From: Eledone cirrhosa
Taxonomy: Eukaryota
Direction: 5' to 3'
Assembly: GCA_964016885.1 (NCBI GenBank)
Contig: OZ024740.1
Span: 62,310,001 to 62,374,000, forward strand
DNA length: 64,000 nucleotides
Shown here: positions 26,730-39,537 of the stretch, piece by piece
Layout: each line of letters starts with the position of its first letter
Position numbering within the stretch: the first letter of the stretch is position 1
Notes under the pieces: generated by a model
What the model saw: only the letters and a program-made list of their open reading frames with translations
Database searches by the model: none
Told to the model about the DNA's origin: nothing
Translations under genes and position numbers: made by a program

Positions 26730-26827
26730 AATATGGTTTTATAAATATAGTTTCCATTTGTTAATATATTGTATATTTACTCCAATAAATTGTTGAGTGC
26801 TTTATATCAGTTATAAAAATATTTTTT

Positions 26828-27868
26828 TTGGTGGCTCTCTCAGACATGCCCTCTGTAGTACATACAACAACATCCCTCACTAGCTATGCTGATGACACTA
26901 AGGTAGCACAGGCAATCAAAAACCCGGCTGACGCTGCCCTTTTACAACAAGATCTGGATGCCATATACAAATGGGCGGAAGAAAACAACATGCAGTTTAA
27001 TGCTGGCAAATTCCAAGCCCTACAATACAAACCTGCAAACACAAATACAGTACAACACAGTTACGCAGGACCAGGAGGGACCGATATCCCCGTGTCAAAA
27101 TCGATACGAGACCTGGGTATAGACATGAGCGATGATGCATCTTTTTCCTCACAGATCATGAAAGTGGCGACAATGTGCAGACGACTCGCTGGCTGGATAT
27201 TGAGGACTTTCCGGACAAGAGACCGAGACACCATGTTACACTATGGAGGACATTTGTCCTAAGCCGCCTGGACTATTGCTCCCAGTTGTGGTCACCCCAT
27301 AGTGTCAAACTAACCACGGAGCTCGAGGCGATCCAGCGGATCTACACCAAGAGGATTTCCACGATGAAGGAGATAAGCTACTGGGAGAGGCTAAAAGAAC
27401 CGAACCTCTACTCCTTAGAACGAAGATGGGAGAGATACGCAGTGATCTACATGTGGAACATCCTGGAGGGACTAGCACCAAACTTTGGTATTGGGAGCTG
27501 GACCAACTGTCGAACAGGACGTCACTGTGTGGTGCCAAAGGTTCCGTCTTTCACATCTAGAATAAGGAGCAGATATTGCAATAGCATGGGATTCAAGGGC
27601 CCTCAACTCTTCAACAAGCTGGCAAGGGATCTGAGAGATTTGCATGGTATGAAGGTGGATGTCTTCAAGAAACATCTCGATACCTTGCTATCCAGGATCC
27701 CGGATGAGCCCACAGCAAGGCACGAGGGAAACCTAAGGGCAGCAGCAACAAGCTCCCTCTTACACCAGTGGCCAACCAATACAGGCTGGAGATAAAATGT
27801 GCAGCAACAAGGGCGGTGCCCCAGCATGGTCTCAGCCGGATGGCAGGAACAGGTAAAAGAGTAAAAGA

Positions 27869-27870
<2 letters not shown>
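26828..27870 (+). mobile_element. 5'-truncated CR1/L2-group LINE, frameshifted
   Basis: SYADDTK, LQQDLDAIYKW, RDLGI, SRLDYCSQLWSP, LYSLERR; ends in a (GTAAAAGA)2 tail next to (TA)n. Confidence 0.88.
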
Positions 27871-27926
<56 letters not shown>

Positions 27927-27974
27927 TATAACATCTCTCTCTCTCTATGATGATGATGATATATATATATATAT

Positions 27975-28467
27975 CATCATCATCATCGTTTAACGTCCAT
28001 CTTCCACGCTAGCATGGGTTTGGACGGTAATTTTCCCACTTGAGGCAAGATTGGTTGTCTTGCTCGTATAGGACTGTTTGGCGGGTTTTCTACGGCTGGA
28101 TGCCCTTCCTAACACCAACCACGTTTACAGTGTGGACTGGGAGGTTTTTACCATGTTACCTACACGGCCACATTACAGCGTGGACTGTGTGTTTTTTTGT
28201 CGTGACACCTACACGACCTCATTTATTTAGGACTGGATGTTGTGGTACCAACATAATTTTACATCGAAAGGGGGTGGTGTGGATGGAGTGAGGGTAGTGG
28301 GACGGGGGTGTATTTTGGTAAGAGGTGCCTACTGACTGTAGGTTTTGCTTTGCACTTAGGCAAAGCGGGTCTTCTGTATTACTGCGTAGCGCCGAAGATC
28401 TCGGTCCAGTGACATTGTCTTGGAGAGGTGTGTGTGAGGTCGGAATTTACCAAGTCGTCCCAGGTTT
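27975..28467 (-). mobile_element. RTE 3' end (non-duplicated UTR variant)
   Basis: Matches 46700-47200. Confidence 0.88.
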
Positions 28468-28520
28468 TATATATCTATATATAATATAACATAACTATCT
28501 ATCTATCTATATATATAGAT

Positions 28521-28604
<84 letters not shown>

Positions 28605-28741
28605 ATACTTTGGGAGGGTCATGTTGCCAATAAGAAACACACGCACCAGTTGCTTTCACTTCAATTTATTATAATAAATTTATAAATTTATAAATTTCTA
28701 GTTGGTTGGTTGGTTCCACAACCAGATAGTTGTTTATATAT

Positions 28742-28786
28742 AGTCATAGTTCTTTCGTCACACACTCTGTGACCTCTTCAGTGACT
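28742..28786 (-). ncRNA. Minimal hammerhead ribozyme (family D) in the Penelope 3' UTR/pLTR
   Basis: Minus strand: AGTCA-CTGAAGA-G-GTCACA-GAGTG-TGTGAC-GAAA-GAAC-TA^TGACT, 200 nt downstream of the ORF stop on the same strand. Confidence 0.85.
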
Positions 28787-28986
28787 GGGGATTCCTTTCT
28801 TTGTTTCTGTGCCTCTCCTTTGTTCTGTCCTACGCCATTTTGTTTCTGTGTGTGTGTTGTGTGCTCAGTCTGTGCATGCGCCACATCCGGGTGTCTGTGT
28901 GTGTTTATGTTCATTTATTTATTTGTTTATTTACATGTTACTGGTTGGTTGTTTGTTCTATGTGTGTGTGTGTTTTCATTTTGTCC

Positions 28987-31182
28987 TTAATTGTAAGTTG
29001 TGATGTTACTGTTCCACTCATATTTTCGATTTAATTTTGGTTGTAATTCTTTTATGTTTATTGCCTCTGTAATTTGTCTAAACATTGCGTCTTTTCTGTG
29101 TGTAGATTCTATTTTTATTTCTATGTTCTCTAATTTACTCTTGTGTTCTATTTTAGCATGTTGGTAGAGTACAGATGATTCTTTATTATCTTGAAGGTCT
29201 CGCCAGTGTTCATTTATCCGTTCCCCTACACTACGAGCTGTCTCACCTATGTACACTATATTTTTGTCTCTACATTGTCCTTCAGTACATCTTATGCTAT
29301 ACACTACATTTCTAGTTTTACAGTTAATATGGGGGCTTATTTTACAGGTTATACATTTCTTATCTATACATGAGGGTCTTTGAAAAGGGTATGTCTTGCT
29401 AATAAGTGTTTTTATGGAGGTACCTGGTCTTTCTACTATCTTAATATTGAGTTTATGTTTATTTAGGGCCCTTCTAAATTTGTAAGCTAATTCACCTCTA
29501 GGGGTTGTATCGATGAACATTACACTCTGGTATTTATTGCTATCATACCATGAGTTTATTCTATTAGCCTTGTTCCTAGTTCTTTCTATTCTATTCCAAA
29601 ATTTGCTCCTATACAAGGGGCAGGTCCCATTTATGTCATTATTTACCATTTTTTCCCATTTGGTTCTGGCTCCTCTATACACTCTGATTTTATCTCTCTG
29701 ATTGTAGCCAGAGAACTGCATACGGTGGATGAAGTGTTGTATGTGTCTCTCTAGTTCTTCGGGGTTGCACATGCGGGACACATTTCTCATCACCCGTACC
29801 AAATCCGCAATCAGTATGTTGATTTTGGTATGGTCCGAAACGGCCGAGTTTCGGTGGATCAGATGTTTGGAAGTCATGGGTTTGGCATAATGGGAATGGA
29901 GGATTTGTTTTTTGTTGTTAATGGTATCTAACCAGAGCTCTGTGTCTAGTACAGGTAATCGATGGTTGGGGTGTTTACTTGGGTAGTCTATAGTAACTCT
30001 AATGCTCTGGTGGATGGAGTTTGCTATTTGCTGGATGCTCTCCATTGTGTTTTTCTCTAGTCCCTGACTGTTCTCTAGTGGGGGTGTCTTAACTACGATG
30101 TTTATATCATCTACGTAGCGGGAGTACATTATCAGGGTTAAGGAGTCTTCTAATTGTTCTTTAAGTTTAAGTTTAAGTCTACTGTCCCACCATACCATGA
30201 ATAAGTTAGCTATGTCGCCTGCAATGCTAACACCAATGGCTGCTCCTTCCTCTTGGGCATATGTTTTTCCATTAAATTTGAACATATGTTCCTTAAGGGT
30301 TAGTTTTATGCTGGCCCCTACCGCATGTGCAATCATTTTCTTCAGTTCATCGTGGTTTTCGGGTGTCCGTATGGCTCTGGTCCACCCGTTCCATCTATCT
30401 GTGTGGGTTTTCTTGGCCATTGAGGTAATGGTAGGTGGTCTGCCTCTTGCTGGTCTTGTAGGGCACAGGTTGCTAAGGTCATATGTGTCTAGGTAATTAT
30501 TACTATAGGTAAGCTTAAGTAGGAGTCCCAGCTCACTGGTATCAATCCCACGGAACTCAACCTTGCTCTCACTGATCATTTCTACGCATTTCTCCACAGC
30601 AAAATCCACGTCAATAGATGGATACAGGGACACAACATCCATACTGCCTATTATGCAGTTTGTTAGGTCCCCAGATCGGTTACTCACGCCGATTCTGCTG
30701 AGGAGGTCCTCCGTGCTGTCACATACATCTGGGGACATTTCAATGATGGGGCGTATGATCAGGGAGAGGAAGTAGGACAGTCTGTAGTTACTAGCAATGT
30801 TAGCCCCACAGACTGGCCGTGTTGGTGGTCCCGCGACAGGGTCACAGCCCGTTTTATGGTCTTTTCGAAGCCCATACAACGCCGGCACGTCATTGTTCCA
30901 GGCCTGGAAGTTGTTGGCAGTCCTTTTGTTGGGCTGCATTATATTCGTCCACATCACCATATGGGCATTGAGGGCTTTTTTTCTATCCTCATGCTCCTGT
31001 GGTGTTACCTCTCTTGTGTTAGTGATGTGGGGTTGCATTGCCTGGATGTAGTTTGGCAGGCTGTCAACCGACATTCTGCCAGACTTGTCTGTTGGAAAGC
31101 ATGCTATCTCTCCATTACGTGAGCGCTGCATGAGCTTACGCAAGCCATTTGCAGATTTTTCTCCCAGTTGCTGGGCCTCCAT
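28987..31182 (-). CDS. Penelope-like element polyprotein: RT + C-terminal GIY-YIG endonuclease (uninterrupted 731 aa, likely 5'-truncated)
   Basis: PTDKSG, YGLRKDHK, PTRPV, SMDVVSLYPSI, QEEGAAIG, RYVDD, LPVLD, YAKP; CxxxxCxxC linker; NVVYSIRC..VYIGETARSVGERINEH. Confidence 0.93.
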   Translation of the reverse strand: MEAQQLGEKSANGLRKLMQRSRNGEIACFPTDKSGRMSVDSLPNYIQAMQPHITNTREVTPQEHEDRKKALNAHMVMWTNIMQPNKRTANNFQAWNNDVPALYGLRKDHKTGCDPVAGPPTRPVCGANIASNYRLSYFLSLIIRPIIEMSPDVCDSTEDLLSRIGVSNRSGDLTNCIIGSMDVVSLYPSIDVDFAVEKCVEMISESKVEFRGIDTSELGLLLKLTYSNNYLDTYDLSNLCPTRPARGRPPTITSMAKKTHTDRWNGWTRAIRTPENHDELKKMIAHAVGASIKLTLKEHMFKFNGKTYAQEEGAAIGVSIAGDIANLFMVWWDSRLKLKLKEQLEDSLTLIMYSRYVDDINIVVKTPPLENSQGLEKNTMESIQQIANSIHQSIRVTIDYPSKHPNHRLPVLDTELWLDTINNKKQILHSHYAKPMTSKHLIHRNSAVSDHTKINILIADLVRVMRNVSRMCNPEELERHIQHFIHRMQFSGYNQRDKIRVYRGARTKWEKMVNNDINGTCPLYRSKFWNRIERTRNKANRINSWYDSNKYQSVMFIDTTPRGELAYKFRRALNKHKLNIKIVERPGTSIKTLISKTYPFQRPSCIDKKCITCKISPHINCKTRNVVYSIRCTEGQCRDKNIVYIGETARSVGERINEHWRDLQDNKESSVLYQHAKIEHKSKLENIEIKIESTHRKDAMFRQITEAINIKELQPKLNRKYEWNSNITTYN

Positions 31183-31359
31183 TCTATTATGTATATATAT
31201 ATATATGTATGTATCTATATATATAGATAGATAGATAGTTATGTTATATTATATATAGATATATATAGATATATCTATATAAGCTCTCGGGAGCTTCCAA
31301 CCGACAGTCGCATTCTTTAAGGGTATGTCAATATTTGTTTATAAAACTGATCTATATTA

Positions 31360-31424
31360 TATTTTATCTGATGAAAGCGCACCATAATTTGCTTTGGTGT
31401 CCTTGAAATATGTATAATGAAATA
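31360..31424 (+). ncRNA. Type I hammerhead ribozyme (family C), diverged copy inside the repeat 31320-31470
   Basis: TATTTTAT-CTGATGA-aagcgcacca..tggtgtcctt-GAAA-TATGTA-TA^ATGAAATA; substitutions relative to 26664 retain pairing through G-U. Confidence 0.78.
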
Positions 31425-31462
31425 AATATGGTTTTATAAATATAGCTTCCATTTGTTAATAT

Positions 31463-31528
<66 letters not shown>

Positions 31529-31792
31529 TAAACACTGGCTGGACATACAACTTCAAGTTTAAACTCATAAAATGAAGAAATAGATAAATTAAAAAGATTT
31601 TTAAGCGTATACATTATATGAAAATACAGTCAAGGAGATCTTTCTAGAGCACATTTGCATATTTGTTATGACGTAAGAGATAAACAGCATTAATATGATG
31701 CTATTTTAGAACATTTTCGTGAATGCTTTATTTTTCTTTTTGGAATTTAAATAGGGAGTTTCTTGATAAAATAATTTCAATCGTAATAGAAT

Positions 31793-31865
<73 letters not shown>

Positions 31866-34083
31866 AAGGGGAGGGAGAGAGAGAGAGAAGGAAGGGGAGG
31901 GAGAGAGATTAAAAAAACAAAGCAAAAAAAGAAGTTTCTTTCGCTGATTAATTTGCGGAGAATTAGGGTCAGTTTCCTAAATTTCCGTTGTTGAAAGTCT
32001 GTATAAATTGAGATTAAAATTAATTTCTGAATTAAGCAAGGATTCTAATTTATTACTTGATTTAGTTGCAGTTCCAGTCATTTAAATAGTTTTAAATTTG
32101 AAAATAATGAAGTAATATACTTTATGAAAATTTAAATAAAAATTTTCCCAAGATCCCTTCGTATAACGGTCAGCACATCTGACGCGAACTTATTGGAATA
32201 TTTAACCAGGTTATTTAAAGAAGAATTTTATATATAGACGAATGGTTGAAACAAAATGTTTTGCTATAATAATTTTTTTTATGAGTATTGCACTCTATTT
32301 AAATAGATTTAAGAACATTTTTTCAGTTCGTTTAAAGAAATTAATTCAAGTTAATTTTATTATTTATTTTTGAATTGATTTGTGTGTGGTTATTGCTTTT
32401 ATTTCGTGAATACAATCAATGAAATAAAAGGACAAAAAAGGTAAAAAAAAATAAACAAACAAAACAATCGTATAAGTTCATTTTATGTTTATTAATATTC
32501 AGGCAAGTTGATTGAAGCGCACCTTATTGTATTATTTCGTCTCTCAATGCTCATAAGCAGTAAGGTTTACTACTTGCTTTTGATCTCTTTCCGACTACCA
32601 CGTGCTATAAGACTAACAACACTTAATCAGGGCAGACCTGAGGTTTATTTATATCAACAATAAAATTAAAGTACCAATATAATATTGTTTCGATTGAACC
32701 GCAAAAATATTTTTGGTCTAGTTAAAAATACAAACAAAATCGCTATTCTTATTAAAGCCTTTACAGGACGCCTTTATAAAGCCTAAGTGTTTCTCTTTTA
32801 TATTATAGAGAATGAAACGGAATCTAAATTTATACTTGAAATAATATATCCAAACTTAAATATACATTGACAACAACAATGAATACATCATTACTGCTTG
32901 TTTTTACCCACTTCGGCAAACTCCGTAAGCGGCTTCCGTTTTATTCCGACTATGACCAAATATGATATATTTCTATCAACATTATCAAAGATTTACTTTT
33001 TTCGATAAATAAATTGTTTAAATTGACAAATAAATTACAGAAATTACACTAAGAAAAAAATATAAAATCCTTTTTTTTCGAAAAATTTAGCAGACGTGAA
33101 AAAAAAAAACAACAAAAAACCCAAGCTAGTGAAACAAACAAAACGAAAGCGTAAGACCAGTTCGTTTAAACTGTAAGCTTTAATGTTATTTAGAAGCAGT
33201 CCGGCGCAAGTGGAAAGTGCCGGTATATCAGCTCATTAGGTAAGTTATTAGCTATTGCTAGTATAAAAAAAGACAAGGGAAAATATTTGTTTCTTTATAT
33301 GAAAGGCGTGGGTTAGCAAGGCATCAGAAGGGTGAACAGTTTTGTCTCCCGCTCCCATTCAGAAGTACATATGTTTATTTATGTTAACGTGCGTGCAGTG
33401 CCACATAAATAAATAGACAAACGTTGGCTGTTGACTTTCAGTTTCCTTACTCTATTTATTTCAGAACGGTTGAAGGTTGAAATCAACAGCCAAGGGACCA
33501 AAGGAACTTTTGTTTCCCCTTATCACATAATATATTTGGTTTAATTCACTCATTATTCCTACAGCGCGACGCCTTTCCATGCACCACCCCAACACGTGTC
33601 TTTCTGGGCATTTCTTTTGTTACGTAAACTATTCCATTATGTCAGATTTGTCTGAGATTTACTATAATCTCTTATCTTAATCAATCAAATCATCAATTGA
33701 TCGATGATCAATCTGACTTTTTTTTAAAGACGAAAAACAAAAAAACAAAATTATATTGTCTGTCGCACATTGCAGGTAGTTTAACGTAATTTAGTAGCTA
33801 AGCCACGACAGTAATTTTTAAACATTTGATGTATATAGGCAAAGGCTACTTTGATGTGTTAGGTAAAGAAGAAAGATAAAAAGATTTTTGTTCGTCGCAC
33901 CAACCAGATTAATACAGGACATTCCGAAATAACAGCTAGAGAAAATCTATTTGGACAAAGAATGAACGTAAACTTTCAAAGTTGCTACACTGACCAGTCC
34001 AACTCCGGTAAGTAGTTTTAAGTACCAAATACTTAGCGAACCCTACAGGCGATACCTGTTTCTATGAATAGTGTGCGTATTTA

Positions 34084-34133
<50 letters not shown>

Positions 34134-34254
34134 GTAGTGGCCTCCTGAGATACAATACACACACACACACATATATATATATATAAATATAAATGAAAAG
34201 TATAGAATATATATATATATATATACTGTTGCTGTGAGGCTGGAGCAACCAGAT

Positions 34255-34291
<37 letters not shown>

Positions 34292-34545
34292 TGTGTGTGT
34301 GTGTGTACATAGAACATTCAAACATTAACTGAATGAACACTCAGTAGTTGTAAGCGGAGTATGAGATTTATTTTCCGGTGAAAAAGGCGACTTCGAAGCC
34401 TCAGCGTTGATATGCTTTTTATGATTGAAGGGGCATCAACATCGAAACTTGGAAGTCATTTCCACCTTTTGCTCCAGTATATATATATATAAATGAAAGG
34501 TATAGAAAGTATTGTAGCAAGAAACCAACACACACACACACACGC

Positions 34546-34705
34546 AGGCGGCGCTGAATTGGCAGGGTCGTTAGAACGTCGGGTAGAATGCTTTGCCGTA
34601 TTCGTTCCGGCTCTCTGCTCTTGAGTTCAAATCCCGCCGAAGTCAACTTTGCCTTTCATCCATTCGAAGTCGATAAAAAAAAAGTAGCAGTCTAGTACTG
34701 GGTTA
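34546..34705 (+). mobile_element. tRNA-derived SINE
   Basis: TGGCAGGGTCGTT A box, GAGTTCAAATCCCG B box and the core. Confidence 0.8.
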
Positions 34706-35806
34706 GATTCTTTCACTGTATCTCTTTCTCACTTCCATTCTCTCACTCTCTCCTTCTCTTGAAGATATCTGCTGTATTCAGACCTGGATTTGGGCGCCGC
34801 CAGGTTTTAAAATGCCCTAGAAACGCCGTATATCAATACGGCGCCCCTACAACTCACTCGGGAGTTAGGGGACCATACATATATACGCACTGCTGCACCC
34901 AATATACGTTGGTGGTGGTATATTTAGTCTTCTTGCTGATGCAGACTCACAAGTTTCAGTCAGGCCATGGTATTATTGCAAACCTTTAGCAGACATGCTC
35001 TCACACAAACATACATCCTACATAGAAGAGACATCTATTCTCTTGCATTGTTTACTGTTGCACACACACACACACTTCTTTCTATTTGCGTGTTTCTCTC
35101 TCTCACTCTTTTCACCTATTAAATTTGCTGAATACGGACGTTCATGGGTGTATGTGTATTTCTGCAAGGCATTCCTTTCTTTGGCTTCTTTCACGTCCTT
35201 TTGTTTTCCATTCGATCTTTTTGTTTTTGAATATGTATTATTTCCAGTCACTTTCTAAGAGATAAATTTGAATTAATTGAGAATATTTTTGCATACGTCA
35301 TTCGGTACATCAACCATTAACTTATTTTGTCTTCCACTCTTCTCTCTCTTTGTGTTGCTTAATGCATCTTTTGTTTGTGAATGTGGTTCCTTTTGTCTTT
35401 CTACCTTTCTCTCGGCTATTTCGTATGTCATTTCTTTTCTGTTGCTTAAAGAAGCACGTTTGTATCTCCTTTTCTCTCTTTGTTATTTCTTCTCTCTCTG
35501 CATGTGTGTATGTCCGGGTTTGTGTTTATATGTGTATTTGGTTTTGTGTATGTGTGCATATATCTGGCTTTATGCACGTGTGTGTAATTGTCTGCATTCG
35601 CCTTTCTTTTTCATTGCTCTATTTCTCATTCTTTTAGGATACACACACACACACAACCAAGTATGTCTGCATTTCCAACACTTTCTCCCTAAAATCTTCT
35701 TTCTCTTCAAACCAATATAATATAAAAACACATTGAGCTAATTCTGAAAAAACGTACCAATTATATGCTATCATATATAATTTTCTACTTACCTTTGAAC
35801 CACCTG

Positions 35807-35882
<76 letters not shown>

Positions 35883-36289
35883 GAATGGGATTATATATAT
35901 ATGTGTGTGTCTAACTGTGTATATACACTCACAAAACCTATTCCTCTACTCTATACCATGGTTACCAAGACGACTAAATAATGCCAACACAATGCCGGCA
36001 AAATGTAAAATAAGTGTACATTTCCCCTCCCAAACAACACCACAACTTAATCTAAGTAATAATTACTATCTAAATGCTTTTACTTTTCTCGTCATCACGA
36101 CTGACGGTTAAGTTTCGCTTTTGTCATTGTTGACGGTTCGCTTTTGAGAGGGTGTTGGCTGGCTACTCTAACGTCTTATCTTCGCTATCACTCGCGACAC
36201 AGCCGCGAGTGTCTTGGCTTGGCTTGCCTAAAACATTATTGAAGGGGAAACTCCAGCGTCCCTGTGATCTTGTTTAATTGAGTGCATAT

Positions 36290-36760
36290 TTCTTCTTCTT
36301 CTTCGGGGGGGGGGGGGGGGGGGCAGCTACTTCGAATTGAAGGATCACATCTCCAAAACTAGTTGGCAGGAGACCCCAAGCAAGACTCTGCAGAGTCCTC
36401 AAACACTTCCAGTGGGTCCTGTCAGATCAACCGTCTCCAACTGTTCCGGCTGGATCTCCAAGCGAGACTAGCCAAGCTCATGGATGTTATCCAACCATCT
36501 TGCTTGGGGTCTACCCCTGGGTCTCCTGCCAACTAGTTTCCCCGGAAAATCTGTCCAGCGATACTTTCCTGAGGCATTCTAACCACATGCCCATAGTATT
36601 GGAGATGTGATCCCTCAATTCGAAGTAGCTGCTCTACCTGGAGTAACTCTAATCTCTGAGCTACGCGCTCTATCGAGCAACGTTACTCCAAAGACTCTTT
36701 GAAGGAACCCCATTTCGGCCACTTGTATTCGCAATCATATTCTTTCAGAACCCTTCTGAA
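36290..36760 (-). mobile_element. Decayed older RTE-like 3' fragment
   Basis: Antisense match to 43800-44195 (MGFLQR, YYGHVVRM, GRRPRGRP, WLDNIHE). Confidence 0.75.
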
Positions 36761-37989
36761 GGTGAAGATATGAACTGTGCAGCTTCCACCCTGACAGAAA
36801 GCACACATATATAGGTATGTGTTTGTATCAAGAAAAAGTAGAGGTGGAAAGCATTGACTCTTTCCTTTTCTCACAGACATGTTGCAGTTGTTACTATTTA
36901 ACATATGTCATCAAATGGCCATATTTACATGGGTCTTGTGAATTGTTTCCAGCTAATGTGTGATTTTAATACCAATTAAGACATGGTCCACATGAGAAAC
37001 CAATTCTCCCCAACCGAATATTGTGTAATATATTATTTTGAATACCCTGCTTGGTGTCAGATTAAATTTCTTATATCATAAATTATGTTGGGTGAAAATC
37101 TGGTTTATGTGTTTTCTATACTATTCTGCTTCAGATTTATTGTTTTGTACTATTTTTAGGTATTATATCTTGTCTTCCAATAAAAAAAAAAAGTAATCTT
37201 CAGAAATCAAAGCTTATGTGAAGCAATCATCATAATTTTCATATTTTACTGGTTTCAGTCATTAGATTGCAGCCATACTGGGGTCTACTTTTCCATGTTG
37301 GTATATGTTGGATGGGTCTTTACAGATCAAGTCAGTTCTTCTAGATGGGTTTGGTGAAATGTTTTTTGTTCAATATGTTCCATTTTGGCATGGTTTTTAC
37401 AGTTGGATGCCCTTAACATTCTGTTATGGTTGAGCAGAAAATATGTAAAAATTGTTTTGTGAATTCAAATGTTTATAGTATCTTTATTAGTGACAGATCT
37501 TTGTGAAAATTTGCAGTATTAGACTCATGACTTTAATATTTAATGTAATGTAGTCTTTTTCTCTAAATGTTCCATATGCAAGGATTGTTAATTAACTGTA
37601 TGATTCAGGAGGATATATCTAAAAATGGGTTTGTTAATTCAAAGATCTTTGTAAAAATTTGCAGCATTAGACCAAAGTCTATGATTTTTAATGTAATGTA
37701 TTTTTAATGTAATGTATTCTTTTAATGGTTTGTATTTTTCGAAAATGTCTTATTAATGTTGTTTCATGCAGTACAGCACATTAATAATTAAAGAGAATTT
37801 TTTTTTTAATTTGATGTATTTAAAATTACTAAAATTGATTGGTTATCCTGTAATTTCACCTACAAAACATACTTATGAACAACATTTTTTCTTAATAAAA
37901 GATGTTTATTGTAAGTTAATTAACAATTATGTAATTAAATATTTACCTAAAGTAATTTATGGAAAATGATAAAATGTTCCATCTAAGCA

Positions 37990-38510
37990 CTTATACAACA
38001 TCTAGCTGTAGAAAACTTGCCCATGTTTTCCTAGGCCTTCCCCTTCCAAATATTCCCTGCATTTCTTTATGCAGCTGTCATATGTATCACATGTCCATAT
38101 CTTCGCTGTCTCCTCTTCTACACTCTGCAATCAATGTTTCTTATGTCCAGTTTTTCTCTCAGTACATTTATACTTCATTGTATACTGCAATTACAAATCC
38201 ATCAAAGTATGTTTGTCTTATTTCTTTCCAATCTCTGTACACAAAGCCCAAGTCTCACTATGTAGCATTGCTGTTCACACAAGCATCATACAATCTGCCT
38301 TTCACTTTGAGGGAGAGACCCTTTGTAGCAAGCAATGATAGTAGCTGCCTGAACTTTTTCCAGCCTATTCTCACCCTAGCTATTGTACCTTCAGAACAGC
38401 CACCCCCACTGATAGTTTGGCCCCCCAGGTAGCAAAAGCTGGTGTCTATTTCTAGGGAGCCACCTGGGCATTTGATTGGATATGTTTTCTGTGGGTGCTT
38501 GTTGCTTACT
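37990..38510 (-). mobile_element. Decayed RTE (PHD family) fragment
   Basis: SFCYLGGQTISGGGCSE..RIGWKKFRQL..KGLSLKVKGRLYDA on the minus strand. Confidence 0.75.
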
Positions 38511-39238
38511 ACTCTTGTGTATCAATGACACACACACACACACACATGGCTGACTGAATACACTTGTGCATTTTCTCAAAAAAACTTTTTCTGTTCCTTC
38601 TTCTCACTCTATCTTTATATTTCATCTTTTTTTTTCGTTCTATCTTCTAATGAAGGACTAGTGTCTGAAACGTAAAGACTCTTTTCCTACTATATCAAGC
38701 ATTAAACTAATATGTTTCTTCATTGTACTGTGTTGTGACGTAATTATAAATCTTTAGATACAATCTCTTCGGACAGTTTTCACCTGTATAAATTATTAGT
38801 GTTGTAAATTTTTTTCATTATGTTATATATCACTGAGATGAGCATACAGTATTAATTATTCCCTGTCTGGAGAAATAAAGACATACATGCACAGACACAT
38901 GCTAAATACAGAAGCTCAAAGAGGTAGCAGCACACAAACACACACAGACAAACATACACAGAGGCACATACTAGATACACACCACAGAAAGACAAGCTAG
39001 AGTAAATAGAACTAGATCAGAACAAAGAGGAGACACAGAGGAGCAAGAATAGCCATTGAGAAGGTCACAGGATGGGTATTAAAAGCTTTGACAATCACAA
39101 TTAAACAACCACCTGGTTACTGAGCTAACTAATGAGCAGATTCTTTTACTCAACTAATTATAAACTGAAGTAAAACTCAACTGGTGTGTGTTTTCATTTG
39201 CAGCATGGTCCTCCAAAAGTATAATTATTTATATATAT

Positions 39239-39277
<39 letters not shown>

Positions 39278-39473
39278 AAAGCCATGCTAGCATGGAAAAT
39301 AGCTGGTTAAGTGATATATATATATATATATATAGAATTAGGGTTTAGCTTCACGCATAGCTGTATACAGATGTGTATTGGAATTTCGTATTTCTAAAGA
39401 AATACGGTATGTTTATAGATAAATATTTAGAAAGCTGTAGCTATGCAAAACACTGGGTCTATTACCCTCTGGT

Positions 39474-39537
<64 letters not shown>

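Larger units (their letters stand above)
26405..26776. repeat. ~178-bp-arm near-perfect palindrome (17-nt spacer at 26583-26599); probable inverted Penelope-type pseudo-LTR pair
   Basis: Arms are reverse complements apart from one indel, and each arm carries a hammerhead. Confidence 0.9.

Noticed and set aside
34995-35720. Hydrophobic ORFs
   Set aside because: T/C-rich low-complexity sequence produces spurious F/L/C/V ORFs.
39335-39477. Nested hairpins (gcatagct/agctatgc; cgtatttct/agaaatacg) between TA tracts, followed by GAAA on the minus strand
   Set aside because: No CUGANGA core; at most an unclassified repeat end.
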